A stretch of DNA of 64,000 nt. It comes from an uncultured Gammaproteobacteria bacterium. Its GTDB lineage: Bacteria > Patescibacteriota > Patescibacteriia > UBA9934 > GWF2-40-263. Positions 46,996-54,871 of this stretch are shown here, piece by piece. The first letter of the stretch is position 1. Each line of letters starts with the position of its first letter. Below the pieces are notes generated by a model. It searched no databases. It saw nothing but the letters and a program-made list of their open reading frames with translations, and was not told the DNA's origin. The DNA lies in assembly GCA_964399675.1 (NCBI GenBank), contig CAYNRK010000006.1, forward strand, positions 1,886 to 65,885, in the 5' to 3' direction. A program made the translations under genes and the position numbers.

Positions 46996-47160
46996 GATTT
47001 TTAATTGAAATAGATTCGAAATGCGGAAATAGATTGAAATATGTAGAAATATGTGGAAATAAGGTTGTGTTCAATCTATTTCTACTTATTTCAATTAGTT
47101 TCCATTTATTTCTATCTATTTCCGTACTCTGAATTCGTTTCCACCTATTTCTACTTATAA
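46996..47160. repeat. Array of helically phased GAAATA(G/T) direct repeats followed by mirrored TATTTC repeats (a long imperfect inverted repeat) upstream of the GT2 gene
   Basis: There are about 6 forward and about 7 reverse copies at about 10-11-bp spacing. The left half is the approximate reverse complement of the right half. Confidence 0.5.
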
Positions 47161-47492
47161 ATCTCCTCATCAACCTCCTCAATCGCCAATTTTCTCACTA
47201 ATTTTGTAATCTCCTGTTCAATAGCCTCCATTTTAACAAACATCCGAAACACCAAAAAGAACAAACCAATAATTGAAAGGTAAATAATCAGATCAGCTCC
47301 TCGACCAACACCAACCAATCGAGCCAGCACATCAGAAGTCTGTGGCAAAAGCGTTACAACAGAAGCTGCAATCCAAAAAACAACCCAAAACAAAAGCCAG
47401 GCTATTGTAAGCCCTCCCTTTTTGAATTGCGTAATTGTCCTTGTTATGGCAAAGAGCGCAAACGCAACAATTAATCCTTGAATGATTGACAT
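47151..47492 (-). CDS. Small membrane protein, DUF2304-like partner of the GT2 polyprenyl-phosphate glycosyltransferase
   Basis: It is 113 aa with 3 TM helices and lies immediately downstream of the DPM1-like GT2 with 1-nt spacing, as is typical for this pairing. Confidence 0.45.
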   Translation of the reverse strand: MSIIQGLIVAFALFAITRTITQFKKGGLTIAWLLFWVVFWIAASVVTLLPQTSDVLARLVGVGRGADLIIYLSIIGLFFLVFRMFVKMEAIEQEITKLVRKLAIEEVDEEIYK

Positions 47493-47493
47493 A

Positions 47494-48159
47494 TCACATC
47501 ATGATTCTACGCAAGACTAATTTTACAAGAGTTTTAATTCCAACAAAAAATCCCTGACCTTTTGAAAGTGAGTACTCAGTGTAGATTGCTTTTATTGGAA
47601 CTTCTTTTAGAACAAGTTTGTTGCGCTTAGTTTCAGCAATAATTTCTGAGGAAACTTCCATGCGATTTGTTTGCAGCTCAATCTTTGAAAGCGCAAACTC
47701 TGTAAACGCACGATATCCGGATTGACTATCAGACACCCAGGCACCAAACAAAACAAAAGTTGTTAAGTTCCCAAGAATCTGAGCAACCTGTCTGTACCAT
47801 GGCATTCCAACTCTGGTTTTCATTCTTGTTCCAATCACAACATCCGCCCCTTTTTCTATTGCATGTACAAACTTGTTTATCTCTGATGGATCGTGTTGGC
47901 CATCAGCATCCAATGTGACAACAACCTCAGCATTTCGTTTTTTTGCCATTTCAAAACCAGTACCAATCGCTGCACCCAACCCCCTATTTATCACATGACT
48001 AACAACAACAGCACCTTGCACACGAGCAATCTGCGCAGTCCGATCAGTTGACCCATCATCCACCACCACAACCTCATCAACAAAATCCCGCGTTCCTTTC
48101 AGAACCTCGGCAATCGTTGTTTCTTCATTGTAAGCAGGAATAACTGCAATAATTTTCAT
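47494..48159 (-). CDS. GT2 polyprenyl-phosphate glycosyltransferase (DPM1/GtrB-like)
   Basis: It reads MKIIAVIPAYNEE...VVVVDDGSTDRT and is 221 aa. Confidence 0.65.
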   Translation of the reverse strand: MKIIAVIPAYNEETTIAEVLKGTRDFVDEVVVVDDGSTDRTAQIARVQGAVVVSHVINRGLGAAIGTGFEMAKKRNAEVVVTLDADGQHDPSEINKFVHAIEKGADVVIGTRMKTRVGMPWYRQVAQILGNLTTFVLFGAWVSDSQSGYRAFTEFALSKIELQTNRMEVSSEIIAETKRNKLVLKEVPIKAIYTEYSLSKGQGFFVGIKTLVKLVLRRIMM

Positions 48160-48170
48160 AGATTGATCTT

Positions 48171-48400
48171 AATCCTCCGACGAACTCTCAGTATCTCCAC
48201 AACAGGTACGTTGTATATAATTTCGCCAGCACGGAACAAAGTGAGTACTGCCGAAATTATATACAACGTGACTGTCCCCCATAATTCTTTACGAAGATTG
48301 CTTCGCTTCGCTCGCAATGACACAAGGTGCAGGACACGAGGGAATTCTTTACGGAGATTGCTTCGCCCCGTTTCACGAAAGGGGGCTCGCAACGACGCAT
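48171..48400. repeat. Family-B leader-like repeat, copy 3 (with an internal duplication), immediately upstream of the GT2 start
   Basis: The perfect hairpin arms are ACGTTGTATATAATTTCG / CGAAATTATATACAACGT. The 2-nt TA insertion is present in both arms. Confidence 0.6.
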
Positions 48401-48458
48401 GGAAAAGTAGCAAAGACGCAGAGGGAGAGCGAGGACGCAGTGTGATTAGGCAGTATGA

Positions 48459-49475
48459 TTAAATCGACGTCAGCAGAATCTTATTTGCTTTCATATATTC
48501 AATAGTCTTCTTCAACCCATCTTCAAGCCTCACAAGCGGGAACCACCCCAAATCTTTGGCCTTGTTAATCCTTGGAAGCGACAGCTCTGATAAAAACTCA
48601 AAATCCTCACCCTTAACAATCTTTGACGAGCTTGTGGTCATTTGAATTATCATCTGAGCAACTTCATTAAGAGACAGGTCAATATCACTTCCTAAGTTTA
48701 CTGGGCCTGGATATTCCAGGGCGTTCATAAGCCGTGCAATTCCATCAACAATATCACTTACATAAGCGAGTGATGTACGGAAATCTTTTCCACCATTTAG
48801 AACCAGATCCTTTCCATCCAGGGCGTTTAAAATAAAATCCGGAATCATATGACCATCAAAAAGAGGCATGCGCGGTCCATAGGTTCTAAAGATGCGAGCT
48901 ATACGAATATCAATTGCGTGCACTTGTCTGTATGTCTCAAACATTGTTTCAGAAAATCTCTTGCCTTCGTCATAACACGCTCGAACTGACAAGTGATCCA
49001 CGATCCCTTTTGCATCTTCTTGAACATGTGCTTTTGTATCTGTTCGTGCTCCATAAACAACAGAACTTGATGCAAGCAAAATCTTTGCGCGATACTTTTT
49101 TGCAAGCTCTAAAACATGATAATTCCCAAGAGAGTTTGAAAGTAATGTTTGAACTTTAAACTCATTAAACTTTTTAATTGATGTTGGGCATGCAAAATGA
49201 TAGATCTCTTGAATACCTTGAAACGGAAGTTTGAATGCAGCAAGTTCTGAATGGCTTTCAAGATCAAACACCTCATTAACATCTAATCTAATGAATCGAA
49301 AGTCTGGGTGTTGTAAAAGACCACTGATATTACTGTGATCGCTGGTTGAAAAATTATCAACGCAAATCACACGATGACCCTCTTTGAGCAAATGCTCACA
49401 CAAATGGGATCCAATAAAACCAGCCCCACCGGTAACAAGTATGTTATTTTTTTCAAATGTAAGTGCTTGTGGCAT
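48459..49475 (-). CDS. NAD-dependent epimerase/dehydratase (UDP-glucuronate decarboxylase/UXS-like)
   Basis: It has VTGGAGFIGSHLCEHL and the YDEGKR (YxxxK) motif, and is 338 aa. Confidence 0.6.
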   Translation of the reverse strand: MPQALTFEKNNILVTGGAGFIGSHLCEHLLKEGHRVICVDNFSTSDHSNISGLLQHPDFRFIRLDVNEVFDLESHSELAAFKLPFQGIQEIYHFACPTSIKKFNEFKVQTLLSNSLGNYHVLELAKKYRAKILLASSSVVYGARTDTKAHVQEDAKGIVDHLSVRACYDEGKRFSETMFETYRQVHAIDIRIARIFRTYGPRMPLFDGHMIPDFILNALDGKDLVLNGGKDFRTSLAYVSDIVDGIARLMNALEYPGPVNLGSDIDLSLNEVAQMIIQMTTSSSKIVKGEDFEFLSELSLPRINKAKDLGWFPLVRLEDGLKKTIEYMKANKILLTSI

Positions 49476-49564
49476 ATGTTCAATTATAGCAGGGGCTGGG
49501 CACTGGGCGCTAGGGGCTGGGCACCCGGACGAGCGTCCGTTACCTCACACACTCCTTACGGCGT

Positions 49565-49596
49565 ACATTATTTCCGCATATGAGAATTTTATGTCC
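49565..49596. promoter_or_regulatory. Degenerate copy of the 30-bp palindrome ACATTATTTYC-n8-GAAAATAATGT at the 3' end of the second wHTH/Cas2-like gene
   Basis: It reads ACATTATTTCCGCATATGAGAATTTTATGTCC. Confidence 0.4.
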
Positions 49597-50134
49597 ATTC
49601 ATTTCCAACAATGACTTTCACCCACTTGTCTATTCCAAGCAATTGAGAAATCGCAACTAGCTCATCTGCAACATCTTTATTCGTTGACAAAACACTTAAC
49701 TGAAATTTTTTAAATCCCACTGAGTAAAGAAAGTGACGCCAGCTGTCTCGAGCCTTGGATGCACCGTTTGGGAAATCAAACATTACAAAACAAACCTGAT
49801 CATTTGGAAGCTCGATATCTTTTGTTCGAACTAGTTGTTTAAGATGTTGAACCAATGCATGCGAGGAAATCTCCACCAACATCTTGTTGCCAACTTTCTT
49901 TGACTCAATCCATTTTTTCTCTTGAAGATCTTTTATTACCCGTCTTTTTTCACGGTCGGCCTGAATCTGTTCCCACACTTCATCAGGCAACCTTGTCGAA
50001 TGCATGTATCGAGGACCAGCATAAGGTGGAACAAAAGTAACTACTTTTCCCATTAAATCTAAACCTCCAAGTAGTAACTCGATAACTTCTTCCTTTACTG
50101 TTTTCGATTCATTATCAATCCTAGGTCTTGCCAT
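49589..50134 (-). CDS. Putative regulator, wHTH + Cas2/VapD-like C-terminal domain (paralog of 31839-32357)
   Basis: Its C-terminal VCFVMFDFPNGASKARDSWRHFLYSVGFKKFQLSVL parallels LIIFDIPEDVRKTRDLFRKYLKKAGFVQIQKSIW in the paralog. Confidence 0.45.
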   Translation of the reverse strand: MARPRIDNESKTVKEEVIELLLGGLDLMGKVVTFVPPYAGPRYMHSTRLPDEVWEQIQADREKRRVIKDLQEKKWIESKKVGNKMLVEISSHALVQHLKQLVRTKDIELPNDQVCFVMFDFPNGASKARDSWRHFLYSVGFKKFQLSVLSTNKDVADELVAISQLLGIDKWVKVIVGNEWT

Positions 50135-50138
50135 ATGT

Positions 50139-50169
50139 ACATTATTTTCTCATATGGGAAAATAATGTA
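50139..50169. promoter_or_regulatory. 30-bp palindrome ACATTATTTTC-tcatatgg-GAAAATAATGT between the regulator start and the NUDIX gene
   Basis: The 11-bp arms are perfect. It lies 5 bp upstream of the regulator ATG. Confidence 0.55.
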
Positions 50170-50185
50170 CAAGAGTTTTTGATCA

Positions 50186-50647
50186 TTATTTCAGATATCC
50201 CAACTTTTTAAAAAGTTTAATTGATGGCGGAGTCAATTTTAATTTTTTAAGCTCATCGATTTGAGTCCAGCTATGAGTTACCAGATCGTCTTCTAGTTTA
50301 ATCTCAATCTCGTCTGCATTTTTGTCATTAATCACGATCTTGAATACATTAAAAACCATCTCACAGACCACATCCTCACCAGTACCCTTAAGGGTCTTTT
50401 CACATTCACCTCGACCAGAATCATCGACTAATTCAATCTCATACAACGAGATATCGATTCCGGTTTCTTCTTTTACTTCACGAATCAAAGCAGACTCTTT
50501 GTCTTCACCTTGATCAATACCTCCACCGGGGATATGCCAACTATCAGAATAGACACCTCCTTTATTAGGATCTTTCATTCCCTGAAACAGCTTTCCGTCT
50601 TTTGAAAAAATAAGTGCTGCTACAATATCTCTTTTAATTCGTTTCAT
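50186..50647 (-). CDS. NUDIX hydrolase
   Basis: The Nudix box is GGGIDQGEDKESALIREVKEETGI. Confidence 0.65.
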   Translation of the reverse strand: MKRIKRDIVAALIFSKDGKLFQGMKDPNKGGVYSDSWHIPGGGIDQGEDKESALIREVKEETGIDISLYEIELVDDSGRGECEKTLKGTGEDVVCEMVFNVFKIVINDKNADEIEIKLEDDLVTHSWTQIDELKKLKLTPPSIKLFKKLGYLK

Positions 50648-50677
50648 AATTTTCTGAATAGCTTATTGATCTGTGTG

Positions 50678-50708
50678 CATTGTTTTCTCATATGGGAAAA
50701 TAATGTCC
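50678..50708. promoter_or_regulatory. Second near-perfect copy of the 30-bp palindrome (CATTGTTTTCTCATATGGGAAAATAATGTCC) upstream of the NUDIX gene
   Basis: It shares the same core as 50139-50169. Confidence 0.5.
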
Positions 50709-50748
50709 ACAGTTCAGGCTATCTTTGACGGGTTGTCTTTGGATTAAT

Positions 50749-52824
50749 TCAAAGCCCCCAGGAAGCTGAGTTTATCCCGTTTCTGTCAGACTTGTTATTG
50801 GCAAAAAAAGTTCCAATCAGTTTAGCGTAACCATTGTAAACACGAATATGTGGGCCGCCCCCTGGTCCGGCAGCTGTAACAATTGAAGCTCCGGGCCATT
50901 CGCTTAGATTTCCAACTGACAAACGAACTCCACCACGAAAATTTTTATCATAGGCAAAAAAAGTCCCCAGCCATGTTCCCTGTCCATCATAAATCTGAAC
51001 CTGTGGACCGCCGCCGTTATCCGTTCCAGTTACAATCTCATCATCACCATCTCCATCCAAATCCCCGCTTGCCACAAAAATCCCTTTATCATAAGTCTTT
51101 GCGTAAGCATAAAATTCACTTATCAGTTCTGCATCAATAGAGTACACGTGCACCAAAGGTTCCATTTCTGAACCATGGCCAATAATAATCTCATCTTTTC
51201 CATTTCCATCAACATCTCCAAGAGCCACTCGCGTACTCAGCTCCCTGTTGTCTTCGGTACTAAATACAAACGATGAAACCAATGCACCTTGCCAGGTCAA
51301 TACTTTTACTCCACCACCTATTGCACCATCCGTGCTCACTGCAATCTCTTCTTTTCCATTTCCATTTACATCCCCGGTTGCAACAAAAAAACCATTATAC
51401 TCTTCCTCTTCATAAGCAAAAAAACTATTTAGTTCTTTTCCAATTAAACTAAAAATCTTGACTTGTGCTTTTGCCTGTGACGGAACAGTAATAATTTCTT
51501 CAACTCCATCCCCAGTCACATCTCCCATTGCCAAACGCACACCTGTTTGCAAATCTTCATACGCATCAAACTCATACAAAAACTCTCCAGAATTAGTGTG
51601 CACACGAATCATTGAACTATCTTGTTCAGACGATACGGCAATAAGATGAGATGATTGAGTAGTGCCAGGACTTACTAATTTTTTTTCGTCCTCATCAGCG
51701 AACGCGTCTGATATCTCCATTGCTTTTGCAATATTTAATCTGCCAGCCCCAAGCTGTCCGGAAAACTGAGGAGTTAAATTAATTGGATCAACAGAGAGCT
51801 GCAAAACAGTCTTTATATCTTTTGGTGTAAGCGAGGGATGATACCCCTTAAGAAGTGCGGCTGCCCCTGAAATAAGCGGTGCTGCCACAGATGTTCCTGA
51901 CCAACCGTTTTGATAAAAACCATCTGCAAAAAGCAACAAAGACTCATCTTGATAAACCGTACTGAATATTTCCTCACCAGGCGCTGAAATATCTGTGCAC
52001 TCATTGCCATAATTTGAAAATGAAGATTTGCTTGTTTGACGAGTGGTCGAGGCAACACCAATGATCCAATCATGCTCTGCCAGCTCACCATAACAAACCG
52101 GATAAATTGGTGTTGAGTTAATATTAGTCCCAGGTTCGTCGGCGTTTCCAACCGCTGCTACAACAACGATTCCGGCATCATATGCATCTTGTAATGCTAA
52201 ACGTAAATGCGGATCTGAATCAAAACCAGTAAAACTCAAGTTGATTACATGTGCACCGTTTTCCATTGCATATTGCACTCCTTTAGCAGCTTGCAGCGAA
52301 TTGCCCACACCTTCATCATCCAAAATTCTCACAGACATAAGCTGCACATTCCAATTTACTCCCGCGATTCCCAAGTTGTTATTACCTTTTGCACCGATCA
52401 AACCAGCGATTATTGTTCCATGAGAAATTGCTTTCTCATCAAAACTTTGACCAAAGTCTGGTGTGGCATGTTCATTGTCCTCAATAAAATTCCAACCATT
52501 CACATCGTCAACATATCCATTTTTATCATTATCAATTCCATCTCCTGCAACCTCGTCTTCATTAATCCAAATATTATCAATAAGGTCTGGGTGATCCATA
52601 TCGATCCCGGTATCAAGAACTGCAACAACAACACCTGAATCCCCTGTTGCTATATCCCAGGCTGCCGGTGCATCAATCTCATTCAGATACCACTGATTTT
52701 CAAAAAGCGAATCGTTTGGAGTTAATGCAGAAACAGGTATTGCCAAAACAAAAAGCAGACAAATAATTATGCCCTTTAAAAAAACTTTTTGTAATTGCAT
52801 ATCTGCGATGTTTTTAAAAATCAT
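50749..52824 (-). CDS. Secreted subtilisin-like serine protease (S8) with C-terminal FG-GAP repeats
   Basis: The catalytic triad blocks are VAVLDTGID, HGTIIAGLI and GTSVAAPLISGAAA. The repeats read GDVTGDGVEEII, GDVNGNGKEEIAV and GDLDGDGDDEIV. Confidence 0.75.
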   Translation of the reverse strand: MIFKNIADMQLQKVFLKGIIICLLFVLAIPVSALTPNDSLFENQWYLNEIDAPAAWDIATGDSGVVVAVLDTGIDMDHPDLIDNIWINEDEVAGDGIDNDKNGYVDDVNGWNFIEDNEHATPDFGQSFDEKAISHGTIIAGLIGAKGNNNLGIAGVNWNVQLMSVRILDDEGVGNSLQAAKGVQYAMENGAHVINLSFTGFDSDPHLRLALQDAYDAGIVVVAAVGNADEPGTNINSTPIYPVCYGELAEHDWIIGVASTTRQTSKSSFSNYGNECTDISAPGEEIFSTVYQDESLLLFADGFYQNGWSGTSVAAPLISGAAALLKGYHPSLTPKDIKTVLQLSVDPINLTPQFSGQLGAGRLNIAKAMEISDAFADEDEKKLVSPGTTQSSHLIAVSSEQDSSMIRVHTNSGEFLYEFDAYEDLQTGVRLAMGDVTGDGVEEIITVPSQAKAQVKIFSLIGKELNSFFAYEEEEYNGFFVATGDVNGNGKEEIAVSTDGAIGGGVKVLTWQGALVSSFVFSTEDNRELSTRVALGDVDGNGKDEIIIGHGSEMEPLVHVYSIDAELISEFYAYAKTYDKGIFVASGDLDGDGDDEIVTGTDNGGGPQVQIYDGQGTWLGTFFAYDKNFRGGVRLSVGNLSEWPGASIVTAAGPGGGPHIRVYNGYAKLIGTFFANNKSDRNGINSASWGL

Positions 52825-54837
52825 CTACGGATTCCAAATTGCAATTGTTCCCCCAAAACGATTTAAAGAATCAAATGCGAAAAAGCCTCCAATGGCATTT
52901 CCTTGCGTGTTAAATACACGAACATGTGGACCTCCTGATTGAAATGGAATTGTAAAAATTTCCTCATGTCCATTTTGATCTATGTCAGCAATACCAACTT
53001 GTACACCTCCTTTAAAATTTGCATCATAAGCAAGAAATGATCGCTGATATTTTCCAAACTGATCAAAAATCATGACCACTGGTTCACTATACTGACCTGC
53101 TGAGACAATAATCTCATTATCTCCATCCATATCAATGTCTCCAATAGAAGTTGCAAATCCGCGCATTGTTTCATTACCTAATTCAAACTCTCGAACATAT
53201 CTACCATTTCCATCAAAAATTCGTACTCGTTGATCCGTGCCCGAGCCAAGGCTCATTACAAGTTCTGATTCAACATCATCGTCAACATTCCCAACTGAAA
53301 CATGTATTGCGTGCGGTGTGCGACCAAAAGGGAAAAAAGAGCCTTTTAGTTGTCCGCGGTTATTAAAAATTCTCACCTGACCATTTCCACCCTGATCAGA
53401 AGTAACAATAATTTCATCTATTCCATCTCCATTAACATCACCTGAGGCTACAAAAATTCCAAGTCTGTCCCCAGGATCCAGGGCAAAAAACTGTCCAAGA
53501 ACTTTTCCATTAAGATCAAAAATCCTCACCTGCGGACCACCGCCCGGACCGGCCCCTGTAATCATTTCCTCCACGCCATTACCATTTATATCTCCCATTG
53601 CCAACCTGACGCCACCATGAAACTCCGGATGATACGCATAGAAAACACTTTTTATTTCGCCTGCTCCATTAACTCGTTTTACAACAGGATCCGAGCCGCG
53701 ACCCTGAGAAACAACAAAAGATCCTGATGGTGTGACCGAGCGTGCTCGTCCATAAGTTGCCCCGCCACCAGTAAACCCAGCAGCAAACTCAATCGCCCTT
53801 TTAACATTTAATCTCCCGGCGCCTAAACTTATGCGTGCATTAACAGAAGTTTCTTTTACCGGATCAACAGCTAGTTTCAAAATGGATCGAACTTGATTTG
53901 GTGTAAGTGATGGATACAAAGAACGAAGTTGTGCAGCTGCAGCAGCAACCATTGGTGCTGCAACCGAAGTTCCTTCCCATGGCGAACCATACGCAGTGGA
54001 AAGCAACAAAACAGCCGGGTCGTGATACACCGCACCAAAAACATTTGTTCCGGGCGCGGAAAGATCAACGCAGTGTGTTCCAAAATTTGAAAACGATGCT
54101 TTTTTATCTTTCTTGTTAGTGGCTGCAACTCCTATTATAACATTCTTTTCAAGATGCTGATCCATGCACGCAGGATAAATTAGGTCAATGTCTGTATTTA
54201 AATTTCCGTTTCCAATGGCCGAGACTATGACCACACCTTGTTCATGTGCCCACTCAATCGTTTGAAGTAAACGTTCGTCAAGTTCTGTTGTTGTAAAACT
54301 CAAATTAATCACGTCCGCTCCGTTGTTAACAGCGTACTCAATAGCACTGCGAACACTCAATGTACTACCCGCCCCATTTTCATCCAGAATACGAAGCGGC
54401 ATGATTCGAACGTTTTGAGCAATCCCAGCAATACCAACATCGTTTGAAGTTTGTGCGGCAATGATTCCTGAAATAAGAGTACCGTGAGAAATAACAGAAT
54501 CTTTCAATGGGTTTTCAATATTTGGTGAAGGATCAGGATCAGAATCAACAAAATCCCAACCAAACGCATCATCTTCAAAACCATTCCGATCATTATCAAT
54601 TCCATCCCCATTAATTTCATCTTCGTTTCTCCAATATCTTCCAATCAAATCTTCGTGATCCAAATCAAACCCAGCATCCAAAACAGCCACAATCGCTTGG
54701 TGCGAACCCAAAGCATGATCTGTGGCTTTTATCTGGTCGAGATACCACTGTTCAGATAAAAACAAATCAGTCGCAGCAATTGCCTGCGCTGGGTTAAGCA
54801 AAAAAGTCAAAATGAGAAAAAAATAAAATACCCTCAT
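52825..54837 (-). CDS. Secreted subtilisin-like serine protease (S8) with C-terminal FG-GAP repeats (paralog)
   Basis: The blocks are VAVLDAGFD, HGTLISGII and GTSVAAPMVAAAAA. There are multiple GD-x-NGDG-x-EII repeats. Confidence 0.75.
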   Translation of the reverse strand: MRVFYFFLILTFLLNPAQAIAATDLFLSEQWYLDQIKATDHALGSHQAIVAVLDAGFDLDHEDLIGRYWRNEDEINGDGIDNDRNGFEDDAFGWDFVDSDPDPSPNIENPLKDSVISHGTLISGIIAAQTSNDVGIAGIAQNVRIMPLRILDENGAGSTLSVRSAIEYAVNNGADVINLSFTTTELDERLLQTIEWAHEQGVVIVSAIGNGNLNTDIDLIYPACMDQHLEKNVIIGVAATNKKDKKASFSNFGTHCVDLSAPGTNVFGAVYHDPAVLLLSTAYGSPWEGTSVAAPMVAAAAAQLRSLYPSLTPNQVRSILKLAVDPVKETSVNARISLGAGRLNVKRAIEFAAGFTGGGATYGRARSVTPSGSFVVSQGRGSDPVVKRVNGAGEIKSVFYAYHPEFHGGVRLAMGDINGNGVEEMITGAGPGGGPQVRIFDLNGKVLGQFFALDPGDRLGIFVASGDVNGDGIDEIIVTSDQGGNGQVRIFNNRGQLKGSFFPFGRTPHAIHVSVGNVDDDVESELVMSLGSGTDQRVRIFDGNGRYVREFELGNETMRGFATSIGDIDMDGDNEIIVSAGQYSEPVVMIFDQFGKYQRSFLAYDANFKGGVQVGIADIDQNGHEEIFTIPFQSGGPHVRVFNTQGNAIGGFFAFDSLNRFGGTIAIWNP

Positions 54838-54871
54838 AACGAAGGCATTTTAACAAAATTGAGCAAAATGT

